From Emiliania huxleyi CCMP1516 (taxonomy: Eukaryota): 64,000 nucleotides of DNA. Position numbers and translations under genes: made by a program. Location of the stretch: the NCBI RefSeq assembly GCF_000372725.1, contig NW_005201381.1, positions 307,953 through 371,952 on the forward strand, given 5' to 3'. Numbering within the stretch: position 1 is the stretch's first letter; every line of letters starts with the position of its first letter. The notes beneath the pieces were generated by a model. The model was not told where the DNA came from. It was given only the letters and a program-made list of their open reading frames with translations, and ran no database searches. Shown here one piece after another: positions 59,133-64,000 of the stretch.

Positions 59133-60625
59133 TTAGCTTCGATACCTGCGTCGCCACGCCATGTAGTTGACGAGGGCCGCTGGGCAATCGGCAGTCGGCA
59201 GGTCCTCCACGCTGCTACCCTGCAGCTCGGCAAGTGCCGTCTCCCGCCCCTCGGCCGCCGCTCGCCGCCTCTCCTCCCGCGTGTCGATGATCGCCTCGCC
59301 GCGGCAGCGGAAGAGAAACGGCAAACCGACGCGCTCCTCGCCCTCCTCCGGCGCCAGCACGCGATGGCGGCACGAAGTGTACTCGCCTAGTGTGTGCATG
59401 GGGACTGAATGTGCACGGCATGTGTGTTCGGCGCCTCGCGTCAACCCAAAGGTACGAATACCGTGAATACGGCTGCAATATGGCCGAAACAGCCGAGTTC
59501 GTCGTCCCGGGTCCTATTCGAATCAGGGTCTGAGTCCCGCATCTAGGTGTACGCGCCGCCGCTCACCGCCGCCAGCGTGTCCCCCACCATCACAGTGAGC
59601 AGGCCCTCCGTCTCCTCCGCCGCCTCCCCCTGCCCCCCCTCCAGATCCACCCAACGGCGGCTACTCTGGCGGAACGCCTGCAGCCCGGGCACAGAAGCGC
59701 GAGGGTCGAGGGTCAGCAGGCCGACGTCGTTGTGCTCCTCGCAGGCGACCCGCCGCCCGCTGGCCAGAGTGACGAAGCCGGGCGCGTCGCTCTTGTACCG
59801 GCAAGCCCGCAAGCCCGAATGCCTACTCACATCGTCCGGTTCAGCGTCGGCAGCTCTCTTGTTCTGGAAGGGCGCAAAGCCCGCGTGCCGCAGCGGCGGG
59901 CAGCCCGCATGCGCCTCAAGCGCCTCCTTCGATGTCGCCGCCGCCGCCGCCTCCTCCTCCGCTTCTATCGCCGCCTCGGCCTCCTCCTCCTCCGCCGCCG
60001 CCGCCGCCCCCTCCTCCGCCGGCAGCTGCGGGTCGAGGAGCGAGGCGAAGAAGCCAGGGCTGGCTCCGAGGTCGGAGGCCACGTGCGCGAGCAGCACGCG
60101 GGCGACCCGGTCGAGGGTGGCCATGCTCCGCTCCGCCAGCGGCGTCAGCGCAGGCTCCGCCGCGTCGCCGCCACGGAGCGCTGGGTACACTCCTCGTCCT
60201 CGTCCTCCCTTCACGAGGCGCAGCTCCAGCTGCTCGCGGTTGCGGCCGCGCGCGAAGCCGGCGAGCGTCCCGCTCGCAGGCCCATACGCGCCCGCCTCCT
60301 CCAGCTTGCGTGCTTCGGGCGCGGCAAACCACGCGGCGGCCGCTGCCTCTGTCTGCCGCAGCAGCGCCGCCATGTCGGGCGGAAGGGCGAGCTGAGCATA
60401 TCCGTCTCGGCGCAGCCGCGCGCAAAAGAGGTGAGCGCAAGCCCGACCGGCCAACAGTGGCGCTAGTTCCAGCGGCGGGTCATCGACGTCTCTCTCATTG
60501 CCGTCGGCCGCCGCTATGGCTCGCCCTGCGACGAACTTGCGGCGAGCTGGCCCGCCCTGCGAGCCGACCCGGAAGGCGGCGATGAGATCGTCTTTCGTAG
60601 GCCTAGCGGCGTCCGAGTCTGGCAT
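59133..60625 (-). CDS. 2OG-Fe(II) dioxygenase (IPNS/DIOX-like), spliced
   Basis: LRRDGYA; LRACRY; EEHNDVGLLTL (HxD); PGLQ; VMVGDTLAAVSG|GEYTSCRHRV (distal His); RVGLPFLFR. Stop at 59133. Confidence 0.9.
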
Positions 60626-60732
60626 GGCATGCTAAAAGGAAGAAAGAGATCGAGAATTTTCATGTGCTCTCAGAAGGGGGCGACCGCGAGGTGGCATGAA
60701 GGTCGCAGCGAGAATCGGCGAGAGACTGCGAA

Positions 60733-60862
60733 GAGAGATAGGAAGAGGCGGACGCCCAAGGGTGGGCGACGGCTAGCGCATCACACCCCTCTCCTTAAAA
60801 TCCCTGTGTGGTGGCGGCGTGCCGTCCTCCCATCCCTCCCTTGGGTTGTCCGTTCTCTTTCT
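60733..60862. mobile_element. Short fold-back element (split copy at 32000-32076 and 33362-33416)
   Basis: Arms ggacgcccaaggg..tgggcgacggc and gccgtcctccca..cccttgggttgtcc are imperfectly inverted. Both halves recur 1.3 kb apart at 32.0 and 33.4 kb. Confidence 0.65.
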
Positions 60863-61490
60863 TTCTTTCAAAAGCGGCTCTAAGTGCACTCAACCGGGGT
60901 GGTCTTCGACGGAAGGTTCGGGAGATGAGGTCCTGGAAGTTTGTTTCTGCCGAGATATATGTGGATGGAAGAGCTGACTGGATGGACAGAAGAGCTGTTC
61001 CTGTACACTCTGTAGGATTTTTGCTAAGGTTCCACATGCCCACGGCGGGCTCCCACCACCCACGAGCCACGTGTTGTTTGGCGCGACACGGAGCGGGGCT
61101 GGGCAGGGTTCACCCACCCACACGACAGGCAGGGAGGGTCCCAGCCAGGGATTCCTCTCTCGTATAGGCCACAGGTTGCACCCGGCGGCACGGGGGCAGG
61201 CGCGGGCCTCCTAGGATTCCTACTGGTTGCGCTCTCCTAGTTCTCCTGCTCCGGACAAAAGGGACAACAACAAGTTCGCAGCACGTTCGGTGGCCACTGG
61301 CGGTCGGTGGAAAAAAAGTTGCGGGATGTCTGTGGGCCCGAGAGCGATATGCCATGTCCGCCTTGCGTTGTTTCATAACATCGAAGGCTAAGCTCAAAAA
61401 AAGTTTTTGCTGTGCATCGGCCTGAAACGAGAGAGGCTGCCCCCAGAACAGCCAGCCGACAGCCCGGTGCGCCCAAGTGTGCCCGCTCCA

Positions 61491-62823
61491 ATGGCGCGCG
61501 AATCGCCACCCCCCTATCAGCTTCTCCCCGGTGATCCGTTCAACCTCACACTGGGCGTGCTTGTGGCCTCCCTCCTCGCGGCGTGCAAGCGAGTTCCTGG
61601 GCTCGCACCCCTTGTGCAGGTGGCGGCCTGTCGCTCGCTGCCGCCCGCCGCCCGCCAGCTTTCAGCCCGTCCCTTCCTCACGCCGCGCAGTGGCAGCTCA
61701 ACGCGTACACTAACTGGAACCTGATCTTCATCATGCTGCGGCTTGCACTGAAACAAAAACAGTGGGATCCGTTCCTGGCAGTCAATTCGGTCGGAATTCT
61801 CGTCGGCTTCCGCACCGCGATGGCGCAGGCAGACACAAACGCCGTCGGCGAACGCGCGCGCCGCGCCCGTCCCGTCCCCACCCGCATGCCGGTGGCGCAG
61901 GGCATCGACGAAAACATGCGCACCAAGATTCGGCACTTGGGGCTGCCGCTATCCCGCCGAACGTTCGTCTGTCTCGATCACCTGCTGCACACGGTGCCGC
62001 CGGCGCTGCTCGTCTCGCACCTCGTCCGCCGCAGGAAGCGGGTCCCGCTGCTCAACATCGTCTACGTGAGTCGCGCGTGTGCCGAACGCAGCGAGGGAGG
62101 GAAGGGGTTGAACGTAGCGTACGGCCATAGGTGATTGGGCTGTCGACGTGGTTCAACTTTCGGCAGAGCGGGCTCGCCCACGCACCGAGACGCGTGCCAC
62201 GGCTCCCTGAGTTGCCCATGGTGTGCGTCCACAGGCAGAGCGGACACCTCGACGCCTCCGAGATTTACGTGCCGCACCCGTGGCGGCGCACTTGGGCGCG
62301 AGAAGCCGCCTCGCACCCCTGCCGCAAGCCACCCTGGCCCCTCACTTCGTCGCTCCGACGCGCTGCCTCCTGCGCCCGCTGCCCCGCGGAACCATCAATC
62401 TCCCACAATTTCCGCCGGGTCCAGGTGTCCATTCTCGTCGGGTGCGCTGCCACGCCGCCTCTGGTCGACGCGCTGATCCGCAAGGAGAGGTGGCGAGTGC
62501 TCGCTCTGGCGAGCGCCATGCTGCTGCCGTACCTCTCCTCCTCGCTCGACCCGAGGCTGCGGCAGCGCTACTTCTTCGAGTTTCAGCTGCAGCGGTTGCG
62601 CAAGGAGGAGGCGCATGCCCGCCCCAGCCCTCTTCCCGCACCCGTGCTGCACACAGACACCCTCCCCGGACACCTCCGCAGCAGTCGGCGCCCACCCCGA
62701 GAAAATGCCCGCAGGAGTCGAGGACGTGCGAGGACGCGCCGCGCTCTGTCACGCCGGGCGGCGCCTTCCGCAGCCGCCCCACCGGAGCGCGGCAGGTCGG
62801 TCGGTGCAATACGACGGAGTTGT
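61491..62823 (+). CDS. FAR-17a/AIG1-like membrane protein (spliced)
   Basis: AYTNWNL and LDHLLHTVP resemble the Thr- and His-containing motifs of AIG1/ADTRP; several TM segments. The 3' end is uncertain. Confidence 0.5.
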
Positions 62824-63143
62824 GAACACGGAGAGAGATGTGTTCCTTGTGGCTTAGAGGGTGTCGTTTCTGTTAACATTTGCAGCAAACTTGGACACCA
62901 CACACCTTGATTTCCGTGTTCTTGTCGACTTGAACGGACTTGCAGCACCGGGGCTGGCCGTCGGGGCTCTCTTTTCGACCACCAGCTGTGTTTGAGCGGA
63001 CCCGCGCCGCGACCACGTGCACACACCACACAAATAAATAAATAAAACGGACACCTCTACTATAGGAGATGGGTAAAAAGGAACAGGTCCCCGCCCTGCG
63101 GTCTTTGTGCAGGGTTCTTTTGACACACACACAGCACACACAC

Positions 63144-64000
63144 CTCTGGGGGGAGGCGGGGGCCCCCGGAGGCACCGTGCGCCGCGCAGCAGTGCGGAAA
63201 CGGGGCCCCGGCTCTACTAGTCTCTACTAGCACCAACTTCCCGATTAAGCTAGGTTAATCAGAGGGCAGATTTGGAGAGATCTCGAGGAGTACATACAGA
63301 TAGACCCTCCAACCATCAGAAAACTCCAACCTGATCGGTCGTACTGACCGCCGACAGATCACTCCAGACAGCAGACAGGCCGACGTCTGCACGCGGCCGG
63401 CCGGGCGAGAGGCTTGACACGATCCGACCCTGCGACCCTGACGCTGCTGCTCTAGCTATCAGCCATGCGCTGCTGACTGCTGCCACAATGTGCGACCGGT
63501 GCTGACCCACTTGGCGGCCTTCCCGGTCAGTGGTGAGGCGCAGTTCAAGAGCTGTCGATGGCGCGATGCCGCACTGGTCCCACATCGGTGACACGAGACC
63601 ACCACGTTTGCCGGTCCAAGAGAGAGGCACCGGCGCTGTCCTGAGAAGGTGCATGGTCCCTCTTGACTGCCCATGCGCGCGAGGCTGTGTAGGCATAGCC
63701 TCGAGAGTGCCAGCAGCCAGTCCGAGGCAGTTTGTGACGCGCATTGCGTCAGAAGCGTGCACGCAGCTGGAAGGACACCTTCCTACTGGCCGTACGATCA
63801 GGTCGTCACTGAATGCCGAAGACTAAGGCCGCGAGCTATGCAGGCGGTCAGTTGAGCAGCATGGCACGGTCAGCAGCGCCGAAAGGATGTCGCAAGGCGT
63901 GATAGCATGGCCGCAAGTACGCCGAATCCCATGAAAACAAGTAAAAAATAGCGCGAAAAAGAAAAATGCCAAAAAAAATCGGCGCCTGCGGCGGGCTGGG
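63144..64000. mobile_element. Second copy of the 6773-7676 TIR element (runs off the window)
   Basis: Colinear with about 6785-7617, with scattered mismatches. Confidence 0.92.

Noticed and set aside
1..64000. Fanzor/TnpB, transposase, reverse transcriptase, tRNA or rRNA genes
   Set aside because: No RuvC, DDE or RT motifs and no structural RNA signatures were recognised by eye. A profile search would be needed to exclude degraded copies.

Overview
GC-rich, intron-rich eukaryotic nuclear DNA with two assembly gaps (16345-16842, 30052-30151). Frequent GC-AG introns, 10-11 bp intronic minisatellites and (CCCTAA)n tracts suggest a haptophyte such as Emiliania/Gephyrocapsa huxleyi (inference). 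Recognisable genes: IQ + CAP-Gly protein, alanine aminotransferase, an intron-containing C5-DNA-methyltransferase-like gene of the retrotransposon-borne type, a large cohesin/Ig/dockerin-like surface protein, a truncated CDF zinc transporter, an aldo-keto reductase, a thioredoxin-TPR (YbbN-like) protein, an RPA70N-BRC-UBA-BRCT protein, Mpv17/PMP22, ankyrin-U-box, sideroflexin, a DIRS/Ngaro-type gag-like ORF, ARPC3, a 2OG-Fe(II) oxygenase and a FAR-17a/AIG1-like membrane protein. Intergenic DNA holds many nested non-autonomous TIR elements, several with readable TIRs and target-site duplications. Most notable: (1) many introns begin with a copy of the first bases of the next exon, and three introns in one gene are homologous to each other (introner-like intron gain); (2) a spliced, possibly domesticated TE-type DNA methyltransferase; (3) an unusual DNA-repair scaffold architecture. 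Domain calls are by-eye motif recognition with no database search, and exon models are manual.
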